The notes under the pieces were generated by a model, which was not told the origin of the DNA, did no database searches, and saw only the letters and a list, made by a program, of their open reading frames with translations. DNA of 64,000 bases from Verrucomicrobiota bacterium. Its GTDB lineage: Bacteria > Verrucomicrobiota > Kiritimatiellia > JAAZAB01. This document shows positions 53,959 to 63,924 of this stretch, one piece after another. Made by a program: the position numbers and the translations under genes. Position 1 is the stretch's first letter. Each line of letters begins with the position of its first letter. The DNA lies in the NCBI GenBank assembly GCA_018898455.1, contig JAHIJO010000014.1, positions 1,560-65,559 of the forward strand. The letters are read 5' to 3'.

Positions 53959-56298
53959 ATGAACACGTTTCTTCTTGGATTGTCTTTGATAATGGGTATT
54001 TTTGCCGGGATCCGGACCCCGGCGCTGACGGCTGATGATCTTTCCGGATCCGGAACTTCGAATGGTTTGTCCTTGTCGATGTCAATCCTCAAGTCTTCCT
54101 CACTTCAGTTGGGCGGCCCGGGATATGCGCCTGTTGCCGGTGATTTCGACGGCGACGGCAAGGCCGATCCCGCTGTGTATAAAACATCAAACGGTACGTG
54201 GCAGGTGCTGTTGTCCGCCAATGGATATGCGCCGGCGTCAACTGTGCTGGGAACAAATGGCTGGCAAGCGGTGGCCGGTGATTTTGATGGCGACGGTAAA
54301 TCCGATCCCGCAATTTATCAAGCGGCAAGTGGGCGATGGAATGTGATGTTGTCGGCCGGCGGATATGCCTTGGCTTCAACTGTATTCGGCGATCTTGGCT
54401 TCCAGGCGATTCCTGGTGATTTCGACGGTGATGGCCAGGCCGACCCGGCCGTCTATTCCCAGTCCAACAGGCTGTGGGCCGTCATGCTGTCCGGTTCCGG
54501 TTATGCCGTTGCCACCGTGACATTCGGCGGTGAGGGTTGTCAGCCTGTCCCCGGCGATTATGACGGCGACCGCAAAACCGATCCGGGTGTGTATGATGAA
54601 TCAAGCGGTAACTGGCAGGCGCTCCTGTCGGCCAGTGGTTATGCGGCGGCCTCCGTTCAATTCAACTGTAGCCCCGGCGCTCTGTCGCCGGGTCAGCCTG
54701 TTCAATCTGATTACGATGGCGATGGTAAAGTGGATCCCGCCGTCTTTGAAACCGCAATCGGCAAGTGGGAAGTGATGCTCTCCAGCATGGGGTATCCCGT
54801 GGCTTCCACGAACTTTGGCTCCGGCGGCATGCCCGTGTCGGCGGACTACGACGGCAACCGGGCGGCGGAATTGGGCGTGTATTACGCCGCCTCTGGTGTC
54901 TGGAGCGTAGCCATCGGCGCTTCCGATGACGGAAGCACCGGCAATACTTACTATGTCGCCCCGACGGGCGATGACAGTCATCCGGGATCCCTGGCCGAGC
55001 CGTGGGCCACGCCGGGATACGGCTCGCGCCGGTTACAGCCCGGCGAGACGTTGATTATCATGGGCGGGATATACAATATCAGCCAATATGACGCCGACGA
55101 TATTGTGCCGCCTTCCGGCGCGCCCGGCGCCTGGGTAACCGTCAGGGGCGAAACCGGGAACCGGCCGGTTCTGCGCGGAAGCGATGGATTGCGCGCGGCT
55201 GTGGATATCGGCGGAAAAAGCTATGTGGCCATCGAGAATCTGGAATTCACCAGTCTGATTGACAGTCCCTATTCGGGTGGGCTGGGGCTGGGGATCGAAG
55301 GGGGCGGTTCCGGGGCCGGCGCGGCGGATATCAGCAATGTTCGAATCAAGGATGTCTATATCCATCATGTGGAAAGCGGGGGAATCAATTTCTCCGGCGA
55401 TATGAATGCCGTGGTCGTCAGCGGCACACGCATCGATCATGCCTGCCTGGGCGGTATCGGCGCGCCGACCTCCTACGGCCGCGGCGGCTGGAGGAACGTG
55501 GTCATTTCCAACTGCTACTTTGGCTATTCAGGCCATTTTTACCAGGGCCAGGAACACGACGACGTTTCGCTCTATGATCGGCCTGACGGGTTCGGGATCG
55601 AGCCGTCGGATGGTCCGATCGAGATTACAGGCACCACAGCGGAACATAATTTCGGCGACGGCCTGGATTCCAAGTCGCGGAACACCACGATCCGCAACTG
55701 CATTGTGGCGAATAATTCCTGTGATGGCGTGAAACTGTGGGGTGGGGGTAGCCAGGTGGAAAACACCTTAATTTATGGCAGGGGCGACGGAAACACGACG
55801 ACCACTCCATGGTCCGCCATCGTCATTGGCACCGAACAGACGAATGCGACGTTTGAAATCGTCAACGTCACGGTAGATGATGAGTTGGGCGGGAACTATC
55901 TCATGTATGTTCAGTATGATAATCCCCAAATCCCGATCTCACTGACGATTCGAAACACAATTTTCAGCAGTCGTGGCGCTAATGCCGGCATCTACCTCGG
56001 CGGCGCCGTCACCGGCGCGCTGGAATATAACCTGTTCTATTTCCCGAATAGCGGCACGGTGCTGGAGCGCGGTTCGACCAGCTATGACAGCGCCCACGTT
56101 GGCGATTTGGGAACGGGCAACCTGTACGGCGATCCGTTGTTCATGGCAACCGGCTTCGGCGCAACCGGCGACTACCATGTGGCGGCGTCGAGTCCGGCTG
56201 TCAAGCACGGGGCCGCGTCCTATGCGCCGGCAACCGACCTGGATGGCCGCTCCCGCCCGCAAACCGGCGCCGGTGACATCGGCTGCTATGAGCAATAA
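53959..56298 (+). CDS. secreted protein with 7 FG-GAP/VCBS-like repeats followed by right-handed parallel beta-helix domain
   Basis: ORF 53836..56298 with an internal start MNTFLLGLSLIMGIFAG (signal peptide). It has seven GDFDGDGKxDPAVY-type repeats, then a beta-helix region with NxxI/V repeats. Confidence 0.7.
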   Translation: MNTFLLGLSLIMGIFAGIRTPALTADDLSGSGTSNGLSLSMSILKSSSLQLGGPGYAPVAGDFDGDGKADPAVYKTSNGTWQVLLSANGYAPASTVLGTNGWQAVAGDFDGDGKSDPAIYQAASGRWNVMLSAGGYALASTVFGDLGFQAIPGDFDGDGQADPAVYSQSNRLWAVMLSGSGYAVATVTFGGEGCQPVPGDYDGDRKTDPGVYDESSGNWQALLSASGYAAASVQFNCSPGALSPGQPVQSDYDGDGKVDPAVFETAIGKWEVMLSSMGYPVASTNFGSGGMPVSADYDGNRAAELGVYYAASGVWSVAIGASDDGSTGNTYYVAPTGDDSHPGSLAEPWATPGYGSRRLQPGETLIIMGGIYNISQYDADDIVPPSGAPGAWVTVRGETGNRPVLRGSDGLRAAVDIGGKSYVAIENLEFTSLIDSPYSGGLGLGIEGGGSGAGAADISNVRIKDVYIHHVESGGINFSGDMNAVVVSGTRIDHACLGGIGAPTSYGRGGWRNVVISNCYFGYSGHFYQGQEHDDVSLYDRPDGFGIEPSDGPIEITGTTAEHNFGDGLDSKSRNTTIRNCIVANNSCDGVKLWGGGSQVENTLIYGRGDGNTTTTPWSAIVIGTEQTNATFEIVNVTVDDELGGNYLMYVQYDNPQIPISLTIRNTIFSSRGANAGIYLGGAVTGALEYNLFYFPNSGTVLERGSTSYDSAHVGDLGTGNLYGDPLFMATGFGATGDYHVAASSPAVKHGAASYAPATDLDGRSRPQTGAGDIGCYEQ

Positions 56299-56360
56299 AC
56301 TCAAGGATTAGCCATGGTGGCTGATCGTGAGTTGAATTAGGCAGGTGGTTTTCCAAAGTT

Positions 56361-57215
56361 ATGAATATCGCCTTCGGAATCGCGGGTTGGTCGTATCCGG
56401 ACTGGACCGGCACGGTCTATCCTCCCGGGATCAAGGATAAATTGGCCTATGCTGCCCGGTATGTTGATCTGATCGAGATCAACAGCACATTTTACCGTCC
56501 GCCCTCGACGCGCGACAGCGCATCCTGGCTCCAGCGGGTTGGCCCATATCCGGACTTTTATTTCACTGCCAAGCTCCATCAGGATATTACTCATGGCGGC
56601 GCACTGGAGGAAGGCATGGCCGCGCAATTCCATGAAGGGTTTCGGCCGCTGGCAGAAGCCGGCCGCTTGCGCCATCTTCTGGCTCAGTTCAAGTACGACT
56701 TCAACGATACTCCCGGGCATCGGGAGCATCTCCGGCGCATCCGGGACCGGTTCATGAGCTTGGCCCATGTGACCTTGGAACTTCGCCACAAATCCTGGCA
56801 ATTGCCGGAAGCCCTGGCCTTCCTCGAGTCGCTGGAGGTCACCGTAACCAACCTGGATTATCCGCTGTCGCAGACCGCCTTCAGTCTCCAGGAATGCAAC
56901 GTGGGCAACCATCGCTATCTGCGCTTGCACGGACGCAACCGCGCCGCCTGGTTTGACAAGAAGGCAGGGCGAGACGAGACCTATAATTACCTCTATTCTC
57001 GCGCCGAGCTTGAAGATATCGGCCGGCGCGCGGCGGGATTGGCGGCATCGGCCCAGAGCCTGACCGTCGTGGGCAACAATCATTACCAGGGCAAGGAGCT
57101 GGCCAACATCCTGCAATTGAAATCCATGCTGATAAATACCAAAATTCCAGTGCCGCCTCTCTTGATCGGCCATTACCCGGATCTGAAGGATATTGCTTTG
57201 CCGGAAAATGAATGA
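56361..57215 (+). CDS. DUF72 family protein
   Basis: 284 aa ORF with the N-terminal IAGWSYPDW motif typical of DUF72. Confidence 0.8.
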   Translation: MNIAFGIAGWSYPDWTGTVYPPGIKDKLAYAARYVDLIEINSTFYRPPSTRDSASWLQRVGPYPDFYFTAKLHQDITHGGALEEGMAAQFHEGFRPLAEAGRLRHLLAQFKYDFNDTPGHREHLRRIRDRFMSLAHVTLELRHKSWQLPEALAFLESLEVTVTNLDYPLSQTAFSLQECNVGNHRYLRLHGRNRAAWFDKKAGRDETYNYLYSRAELEDIGRRAAGLAASAQSLTVVGNNHYQGKELANILQLKSMLINTKIPVPPLLIGHYPDLKDIALPENE

Positions 57216-57218
57216 AAT

Positions 57219-57638
57219 TCATTTTACGATTACGGTGAAAACATTGGTCCTGGCTGGCGCCACATCTTTCTCCCACGGCCGGACGTATTTCAGCGAAATG
57301 GCGGCCTGCCCCTGTCCGATTGCCTTGAAGATCCACACTTCATGGCCGCCGCCACCGACTCTCAGCATGTCGGTTTGATCCTGAACGTAGCTGTTTGTGA
57401 TCAAGACAGCCACGGTCTCATCCATCGGCTTAGCCAACTGCCAGCCATAGCCGGTCGTGGGATTGGCCGCGATGCTTATGGAAAACTTCCGTCCGGCGGT
57501 AACTCGGATCGGCTCGCCCGGATTCAGGTACTCCTCGATTCTTTCGGCCGCGGAGTTTGCAGCCATGCTCCGGACTGAAGCGCCAGAATTCGTTGCCGTC
57601 AATGTTGGGGTTTCCTGTGCCCCGGTCATCATGACCAT
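57219..57638 (-). CDS. chagasin-family (I42) cysteine-peptidase inhibitor
   Basis: NPTTGYGW motif and beta-rich ~110 aa core. A signal-peptide-like segment is encoded in frame upstream of the first ATG. Confidence 0.7.
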   Translation of the reverse strand: MVMMTGAQETPTLTATNSGASVRSMAANSAAERIEEYLNPGEPIRVTAGRKFSISIAANPTTGYGWQLAKPMDETVAVLITNSYVQDQTDMLRVGGGGHEVWIFKAIGQGQAAISLKYVRPWEKDVAPARTNVFTVIVK

Positions 57639-57787
57639 GGCCAGGATTATGAGACCGGTGATGAATCGTTGTGTGATATTACCCTCCGCTATTCGATTTA
57701 CTCGTCTTGGAAATCAGCCCATGAAAGGATTGTATCGGCCTGCCCAGGCAAAACAAGTCGATAAAAAACCGATGTTGGGTCAACCGG

Positions 57788-59749
57788 TCAAGGAGCTGGA
57801 GGGCCATGCTTACTGCGCCCCTGACCGGAATGGGCACAGACGGGTTCAGCATCCTCCTCCGCCAGCTTTTCCCATTCGGCGACCAGGATGGCCAGGGATT
57901 CGACCACCCCGGTGAGTTCCCGGTTGATGGCCATCGGTTTCCCCGAGCTGTTTTCATAAGTGGCCGGATTTTCAAGTTCGCCGGTCAGCGCCTGCTGACG
58001 CGCTTCCAGGCTTTCAATCTCCGCTTCCAGCTTGGCCAGTTTCCGCTGATGTTCCCGTAACGCCTTGGCCCGTGTTTGCCGGGTTACCGCCTCCATTCGG
58101 CGTTGGGTTTTCCGGGAGGGTGTGTTTGGCTTCGGGCGGCTGTCGGTAAGTGTTTTGCCGGCTCTCAGTAAGACGTTGGCGGTCTGGGCCCTGGTCCGTT
58201 CCAGGTAATAATCGTAATTGCCGGCATAGGGCGTGAGCTGACCGGCCTGAATATGCAGGACCGTCGTGGCGATGGCGCGGATGAAATAGACGTCATGGCT
58301 GATGAAGATCAGCGTGCCGTTATATTGTTTCAAGGCCTCGATCAGGGCGTCGATGCTCGCCATGTCGAGGTGGGTTGTCGGCTCGTCCATCAGCAGGCAA
58401 TTGGGAGGATTGAGAAGCATTTTGACCAGGGCAAGCCGGCTTTTTTCGCCGCCGCTCAGGACGCTGACGCGCTTGAAGGCGTCATCCCCCGGGAACAAGA
58501 ACGATCCCAGCACGGTGCGCGCCTTTTGTTCGGCGAGGGGATGGGGCGTGTCAAGCGCCTCCTCCAGAACCGTCCGTCCCGCCTTCAACATGTCGATGCG
58601 ATGCTGGGCGTAGTAGCCCAAGCGGACATGCAATCCGAGTTCGCGGGCGCCGGCCTGGAATGGAATTGCGCCGGCAAGCAGTTTCAACAAGGTGGATTTG
58701 CCGGATCCGTTCGGGCCGACGAGGACGGTGCGCTGGCCCCGTTCTACGGTATAATTCAGGTCGCGATAAACCTCCACGGAACCATAGGCCTGATCAATAT
58801 GGTTCAAGGTGATGACCTTCTGCCCGGTCCGCGGCGGCTGGGGCCATTGAAAATGGATTATACGGGTAGCCGCCGCCGGCGCCTCGATGATGTCCATGCG
58901 TTCGATCTGCTTGAGTTTGCTCTGCGCCTGGGCAGCTTTGCTGGCTTTGGCGCGGAACCGGTCGGCAAAGTGCTGAAGCGACTGGATTTGCCTTTGCTGG
59001 TTCTTGTAGGCTGCCAGATGTTGTTCTTCACGGGCGGCTCGCTGGGACAAATAGACGTCGTAATTGCCCCGGTAATGGATGATGGCGGTCCGGTTGATTT
59101 CAAGAATATCGCCGACCAGCTGATTGAGAAATTCCCGGTCATGGGAAATCAGCAGAATGGCGCCTGAATAGGCGCGCAGGTAGTCCTGGAGCCAGATCAG
59201 CGATTCGATATCCATGTGGTTGGTCGGCTCGTCCAGCAGGAGCAGGTCCGGCGCCTGCACGAGCAATCGCGCGAGGTGGGCGCGCATAATCCAGCCGCCG
59301 CTGAGCGAACGCGTCAGCCGGTTAAAATCGGATTGCCGGAACGCCAGTCCTGCCAGGATGCGCCGGGCCTTGGGCTCCAATTCATATAGCCGTAACTCAT
59401 CCAGCTGTGCCTGGGCCCACTGGTGCGATTCGGAGTCCGTGGGGTTAGAGCGCAGGTTATGGCGCAGCGCCGTGATTTCCGGGGAGACAGCCGTGGCCAG
59501 TTCCAGCACCGTTTCGTCGCCGCTGGGCGCAATTTCCTGGGGAAGATAGCCAATCCGGCTTCCATTCCGGAACGCGATCTTGCCGGCATCAGGTTCCAGA
59601 TCGCCCAGGATCAGGCGGAACAGGGTGGATTTTCCCGAGCCATTGGGGCCCACCAGACCGATCCGGTCGGATCGGTTCACGTGAAATGACGCCGCCCGGA
59701 ACAGGACCCGGTCGCTGAATGATTTGCTTAGTTGTGAAACCGTGAGCAT
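57788..59749 (-). CDS. ABC-F family ATPase (tandem ABC domains, no TMD; C-terminal coiled coil)
   Basis: It has two Walker A motifs (GPNGSGKST x2), two ABC signature motifs, and a charged C-terminal helix. Confidence 0.85.
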   Translation of the reverse strand: MLTVSQLSKSFSDRVLFRAASFHVNRSDRIGLVGPNGSGKSTLFRLILGDLEPDAGKIAFRNGSRIGYLPQEIAPSGDETVLELATAVSPEITALRHNLRSNPTDSESHQWAQAQLDELRLYELEPKARRILAGLAFRQSDFNRLTRSLSGGWIMRAHLARLLVQAPDLLLLDEPTNHMDIESLIWLQDYLRAYSGAILLISHDREFLNQLVGDILEINRTAIIHYRGNYDVYLSQRAAREEQHLAAYKNQQRQIQSLQHFADRFRAKASKAAQAQSKLKQIERMDIIEAPAAATRIIHFQWPQPPRTGQKVITLNHIDQAYGSVEVYRDLNYTVERGQRTVLVGPNGSGKSTLLKLLAGAIPFQAGARELGLHVRLGYYAQHRIDMLKAGRTVLEEALDTPHPLAEQKARTVLGSFLFPGDDAFKRVSVLSGGEKSRLALVKMLLNPPNCLLMDEPTTHLDMASIDALIEALKQYNGTLIFISHDVYFIRAIATTVLHIQAGQLTPYAGNYDYYLERTRAQTANVLLRAGKTLTDSRPKPNTPSRKTQRRMEAVTRQTRAKALREHQRKLAKLEAEIESLEARQQALTGELENPATYENSSGKPMAINRELTGVVESLAILVAEWEKLAEEDAEPVCAHSGQGRSKHGPPAP

Positions 59750-59814
59750 CGTTTGTTATTCAAATCCAGTGCGGCGCTTTAATCGGTCCTGGTTGGGTTC
59801 GATTCCCACTCGCT

Positions 59815-61329
59815 CTATAAAACCGGCATCAGCAGGTGGCAGAAATTCTCCAGCAGGCGGTGAAAGGCCGGTCGGGTCTGCCAAGTCGGCAGGTTAATTT
59901 CACGGCTCTGGGCAATGTCGGCCAGCACGATACGCTTAAGGGCATTGACGGATTCGGTGTCGAAAACCAGCAGGTTGGTTTCATAATTCAGGCGCAGACT
60001 GCGCACATCCACGTTGGCGCTTCCAACCAGCGCCAGCTTGTCGTCCATGATTAACGCCTTGGCATGCATAAACGGCGGCTGCCGCTCGAAAATCCGGATG
60101 CCGGCGGCCAGCATTTCCTCGTAGAGCGCTTTCCCGGCCAGGCCGGCGTAAAAATGATTGTTATCTTCGGGAACCACGAGGCGGACATCCACGCCCCGCG
60201 ATGCGGCTGTGCGGAACGCATGCAAAATGTCCTGAGGCGGCACAAAGTAGGGGGTCACCACCAGCAGTTGTTTCCGGGCTGAGACCAGGCATTCGAATAA
60301 TACATCGGCAATGTTTTCCATTTCATCGGGCGTGGGGCCGCTGTTGACCAGCCGGGCCTGCGCCGATCCCATCGCCGGCACGTGCGGAAAATGCGTTTTC
60401 TGGAGCAGGATTTCCGGGTCTTCATCCGTCATGAAATACCAGTCGCGCAGAAAGGAGTATTGCAGTTCCTGGACAATGGGACCCTGGACGGCAAAATGAT
60501 AGTCGCGGATTGCCGGTCGGCCGGGCTGGGTCACGTTCTCGCTGTGGAGATTGATTCCGCCGAAAAAGGCTTCCTGTCCGTCAACCACGAGAATTTTTCG
60601 ATGGTTTCTCAAGTTAATCTGGAATTGGCGCTTGAATGCATTGGCCTGTGTCCAGCCGCAGATATGCAGATTGGGCACATGCCGGTAACAGGAAAAGAGC
60701 CGGCTGATGACGGCGCCGGTGGATCCGAACTGGTCATAGAGAACCCGCACCGTGATGCCGTCCCGGGCTTTTTGGGCCAGTAAGTCGAGGAATTCCCGGC
60801 CGACGGCATCGTTGCGGATAATGAAGGATTGCAGGTGCACGTGATGCCGGGCCCGCCGGATGGCCTCAAGCATGGAGGGGTAGGCCTCATCGCCATCCAC
60901 CAGTGGGCGGATCCGGTTGCCGCCCAGGAGCGGATGGTTTGGCAAGAGATGATCCATGGCGCCATTAATTTCCCGCGCATCGGGATCGTCGGGTTCCGCG
61001 GCGAGCGCTTCATGCACGGCCTGCCAGTAGACCATGGGCAATGCTTCATCTTCCCTTGCCTGGCGCTCAGCGAGAAACTCACTGTCGGCGCGTTGTTTGC
61101 GCCACGCCTTGCGGGGCATCCGGTTAATGCCGAAGATGAAATACAACCCGGCGCCGATCAGAGGAAAAGACCAGGCCATGAAGATCCACAGGAGCGCGGA
61201 GGTTGACTCCCGCCGGGTTCTCAGGCAATGAAGGCTGACGAGCAGAAAAAGCATGAGATGCAGAGCCAGGTCCAGCCAGAGCCACGGCGAAACTGCCGCC
61301 ACTAAAACTGTGTTCGGGTCGGTCATCAT
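59815..61329 (-). CDS. cls: cardiolipin synthase (two PLD/HKD domains, N-terminal TM helices)
   Basis: 504 aa ORF with two HxKxxxxD motifs (HICGW.., HAKALIMDD) and N-terminal TM helices. Confidence 0.85.
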   Translation of the reverse strand: MMTDPNTVLVAAVSPWLWLDLALHLMLFLLVSLHCLRTRRESTSALLWIFMAWSFPLIGAGLYFIFGINRMPRKAWRKQRADSEFLAERQAREDEALPMVYWQAVHEALAAEPDDPDAREINGAMDHLLPNHPLLGGNRIRPLVDGDEAYPSMLEAIRRARHHVHLQSFIIRNDAVGREFLDLLAQKARDGITVRVLYDQFGSTGAVISRLFSCYRHVPNLHICGWTQANAFKRQFQINLRNHRKILVVDGQEAFFGGINLHSENVTQPGRPAIRDYHFAVQGPIVQELQYSFLRDWYFMTDEDPEILLQKTHFPHVPAMGSAQARLVNSGPTPDEMENIADVLFECLVSARKQLLVVTPYFVPPQDILHAFRTAASRGVDVRLVVPEDNNHFYAGLAGKALYEEMLAAGIRIFERQPPFMHAKALIMDDKLALVGSANVDVRSLRLNYETNLLVFDTESVNALKRIVLADIAQSREINLPTWQTRPAFHRLLENFCHLLMPVL

Positions 61330-61416
61330 CGGGCCTTATTTATGACGTCCTTCGGCGTGGTTGTCAACCTTGTTTACAGCTTGATTCCGGGATGCTCTTG
61401 TCCTATTTTGCAGACC

Positions 61417-62421
61417 ATGACCTCGACCATCCATACGCTGTGTGTGTTAAACCCGACCGCCGGGAACGGCGAACCGCTTCAGCGCTGGCCCCGGGTCGCC
61501 TCCTTGATGGAGTCGTTCGGTATAACCTGCGATCTGTTGTCGCGCTATGAGGAATCGCCCGGCGCCCAGGTTGTCCGCCGGCTGGAACAGGAAGGTGCGG
61601 GTCGGTATGCGGCCATTGTCGGGGTGGGCGGGGACGGCACCCATTCGAATGTCATGAACGCGCTCATGGCCTTCCGGTCGTCCCGGCCGGAGATCACATT
61701 GCCGCCGTACGCCATGATCCCGATGGGCACCGGAAACTCCATCGCCAAATCTTTCGGCTTGGATTCGCACGAGGATATTTTTACCAGCGATCTGCGCCGC
61801 GCGGTGGCGACCATCCGCTATGGCGCCGATTACCTCATGGACCTCGGACGGCTGGATCAGGCCTGGTTTGTGAACGCCTTAACGATTGGACTGGATTCCA
61901 GCATTCTCCGGGAACACAATCGCCGCAAGGAGGAGATGTCAAAAGTGCCCCTGTTGCGCCGCCTGATCAGGGGTAACCTGCTGTACACCTGGTGCGCGGG
62001 CGTCCGGTTGTGGCGTCAGCGCCTGATCGAAGCGCAGATCGATGTGGACGGCAATCCCTGGTATTCCGGAACGGTCGTCAACCTGGTCATCAACAACACG
62101 CGTGTTTATGCCGGTGAATTCGTGCTTTGCCCGGATGCCTTTGCCAACGATGGCCTGCTGGAAGTCGTGGTGATCGCGGGGCATACCGACTACCTGAAAA
62201 AATACTTATTGTCGTTCCGCACCCATCCCCGCCAGATCCGGACCATGCCGGAACGCTTCCGGCGGGAGTCCGCCATGAAACAAGGGAAACGGATTGAGGT
62301 GCGCCTGTCACGACCGGAGCCGGCCCAGTTCGACGGCGAGGAACTGCCCGCCAGTGTTCGGTTTGAAGTGGAGGTGGCCCCCCGCGCCCTGCGCATCAAA
62401 ATCCCCGCCGAACCGGTGTAG
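61417..62421 (+). CDS. diacylglycerol-kinase catalytic-domain lipid kinase (YegS/BmrU-like)
   Basis: ORF 61342..62421 with an internal start MTSTIHTLCVLNPTAG and a GGDGT motif (GVGGDGTHSNV). Confidence 0.8.
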   Translation: MTSTIHTLCVLNPTAGNGEPLQRWPRVASLMESFGITCDLLSRYEESPGAQVVRRLEQEGAGRYAAIVGVGGDGTHSNVMNALMAFRSSRPEITLPPYAMIPMGTGNSIAKSFGLDSHEDIFTSDLRRAVATIRYGADYLMDLGRLDQAWFVNALTIGLDSSILREHNRRKEEMSKVPLLRRLIRGNLLYTWCAGVRLWRQRLIEAQIDVDGNPWYSGTVVNLVINNTRVYAGEFVLCPDAFANDGLLEVVVIAGHTDYLKKYLLSFRTHPRQIRTMPERFRRESAMKQGKRIEVRLSRPEPAQFDGEELPASVRFEVEVAPRALRIKIPAEPV

Positions 62422-62437
62422 CCTGGTGGAAGATTCA

Positions 62438-62675
62438 CCACGGAGGCACGGAGAGGAAAATAGAAGAGGAGATTCAATCAAATCCTAGATTGACGGGGCT
62501 CCAATCCCAGATTTGATGGAACAGTCTGTATTGGGAAGGAAGTCAAAAAGTTTTTATAGAACCATTCAGAGAATTCTAAATATCAACAGCGAGTAAACGG
62601 ACGCACCGGTTGGCCGGGGCGTCCGTTTGCGAGTCTCGGTGTCATGTATATTTCGTGTCCTCCGTGCCTCCGTGG
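62438..62675. mobile_element. 238-bp element bounded by 16-bp perfect inverted repeats CCACGGAGGCACGGAG (MITE-like) between convergent genes
   Basis: The IRs are at 62438-62453 and 62660-62675 (reverse complement), read directly. An internal 9-bp-stem hairpin AACGGACGC...GCGTCCGTT lies at ~62599-62633. Confidence 0.55.
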
Positions 62676-62747
62676 TAAATACTTGCCGATCTACCCGTAG
62701 CTTCTGGTAAGGAACCGGAAAAAGTTGTCCGGCGGTTGCCTAATGGT

Positions 62748-63857
62748 TCATTCCTCGCGTACACCGAACACCGTGATTTCCCGCCGATCGTGGTAAAGCT
62801 GGCGCATCTGGAAGCGCAGGCCGGGAATTCGACGCAGGTAATCTTCAATGGGTTTTAAAACGGGGTAGGGATGCTGTTGCGGCAGTTTGACGTTGAATAC
62901 AAAGCGGCGGGTCAGGGGTTCCTCCAGCCATTTACGGATCATTCCCAGGGTCTTTCCCGGCGGGATCAGCATGTCGCTGACCAGCCAGTCAACCGGTGGT
63001 TGGTCTGCAGGCGGCCGGAACGAAATGCCGTTTTCCCGCAGATGAACAAGCCGGCCGCCTGCATCGCCGTGCGATTTTAACTTCATCGGACCATGATCGA
63101 CGGCCAGCACCTGACAGCCCCGCTTGAGGAACGCATAGCTCCAGCCGCCCGGCGCGGCGCCAAGGTCCACCACGCGTTGCCGGGACTTTGGCATCTGGCC
63201 CATCCGTTCAAAGACTTCTTCGATTTTCAAATAGGAACGTGACGGCGCCTGGGGATCAAAGTGCATGCGATGGATGCCCCCGGGACAGGGGTCCGTCAAC
63301 TGGGAGAGCGGCATAACCGATCCCCAAAGTCCCTGCGGCGCCAGGCACAACTGCAGGACGAGCAGGGGGGGCTGTGTCGCGGCCCGTTCGGGCGGGCGAT
63401 ACCGTTTAACAACAACCGTAAAGCGTTGGGCACAGAACTCCAGGAAAATATCCCGCAAATTCGCGGCGCGCCGCGTCAGCGGCTGATCGCTGTCGGGGTT
63501 GGCCGCGAAGGTATGCAGGCTCCAGGGCAGGTGGCTTCGGGAAATATCGGGAAGAAGCCGGACGGCAATCTCGCGGGCCAGGCGCTTCAGCGGCAGATTC
63601 TCCAACCAGACGGCCTGATTCAGTCTCTGCCTTTCGAAGATGAAAGCGGAGGGTAAGGTGTCCGTCACGGGCCGGGTGGTTCCGCTGATCTTAACCAGTC
63701 CCTGGCCGGCTTCGACGGTGAGTCGGGTGGTTGTGTCCCGCTGTTGTGCGTTGAGTTTGGCGCGGACCTCTTCCAGAAGAGCCTGTTCGAAGGTTTCCCG
63801 GCAGAGCAGGATCAGCGGTCTTGTTGCGGTGATAGGGGAAGTTATCATGGGATTCAT
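62748..63857 (-). CDS. rlmM: 23S rRNA (cytidine2498-2'-O)-methyltransferase RlmM
   Basis: 369 aa ORF. It has an N-terminal THUMP-like domain, a C-terminal SAM-MTase with SRSYLKIEE...VDLGAAPGGWS, and RlmM length. Confidence 0.8.
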   Translation of the reverse strand: MNPMITSPITATRPLILLCRETFEQALLEEVRAKLNAQQRDTTTRLTVEAGQGLVKISGTTRPVTDTLPSAFIFERQRLNQAVWLENLPLKRLAREIAVRLLPDISRSHLPWSLHTFAANPDSDQPLTRRAANLRDIFLEFCAQRFTVVVKRYRPPERAATQPPLLVLQLCLAPQGLWGSVMPLSQLTDPCPGGIHRMHFDPQAPSRSYLKIEEVFERMGQMPKSRQRVVDLGAAPGGWSYAFLKRGCQVLAVDHGPMKLKSHGDAGGRLVHLRENGISFRPPADQPPVDWLVSDMLIPPGKTLGMIRKWLEEPLTRRFVFNVKLPQQHPYPVLKPIEDYLRRIPGLRFQMRQLYHDRREITVFGVREE

Positions 63858-63924
63858 GGGTCAACATGATTCATGCCGCCGGACTTGTCAACGCCAAAAG
63901 CCGCGGAGGCCGCGATTCTCAGTA

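Noticed and set aside
56337-57173. 278-aa minus-strand ORF
   Set aside because: It is antisense to the DUF72 gene.
58253-59167. 304-aa plus-strand ORF
   Set aside because: It is antisense to the ABC-F ATPase gene, which has double Walker A and signature motifs.
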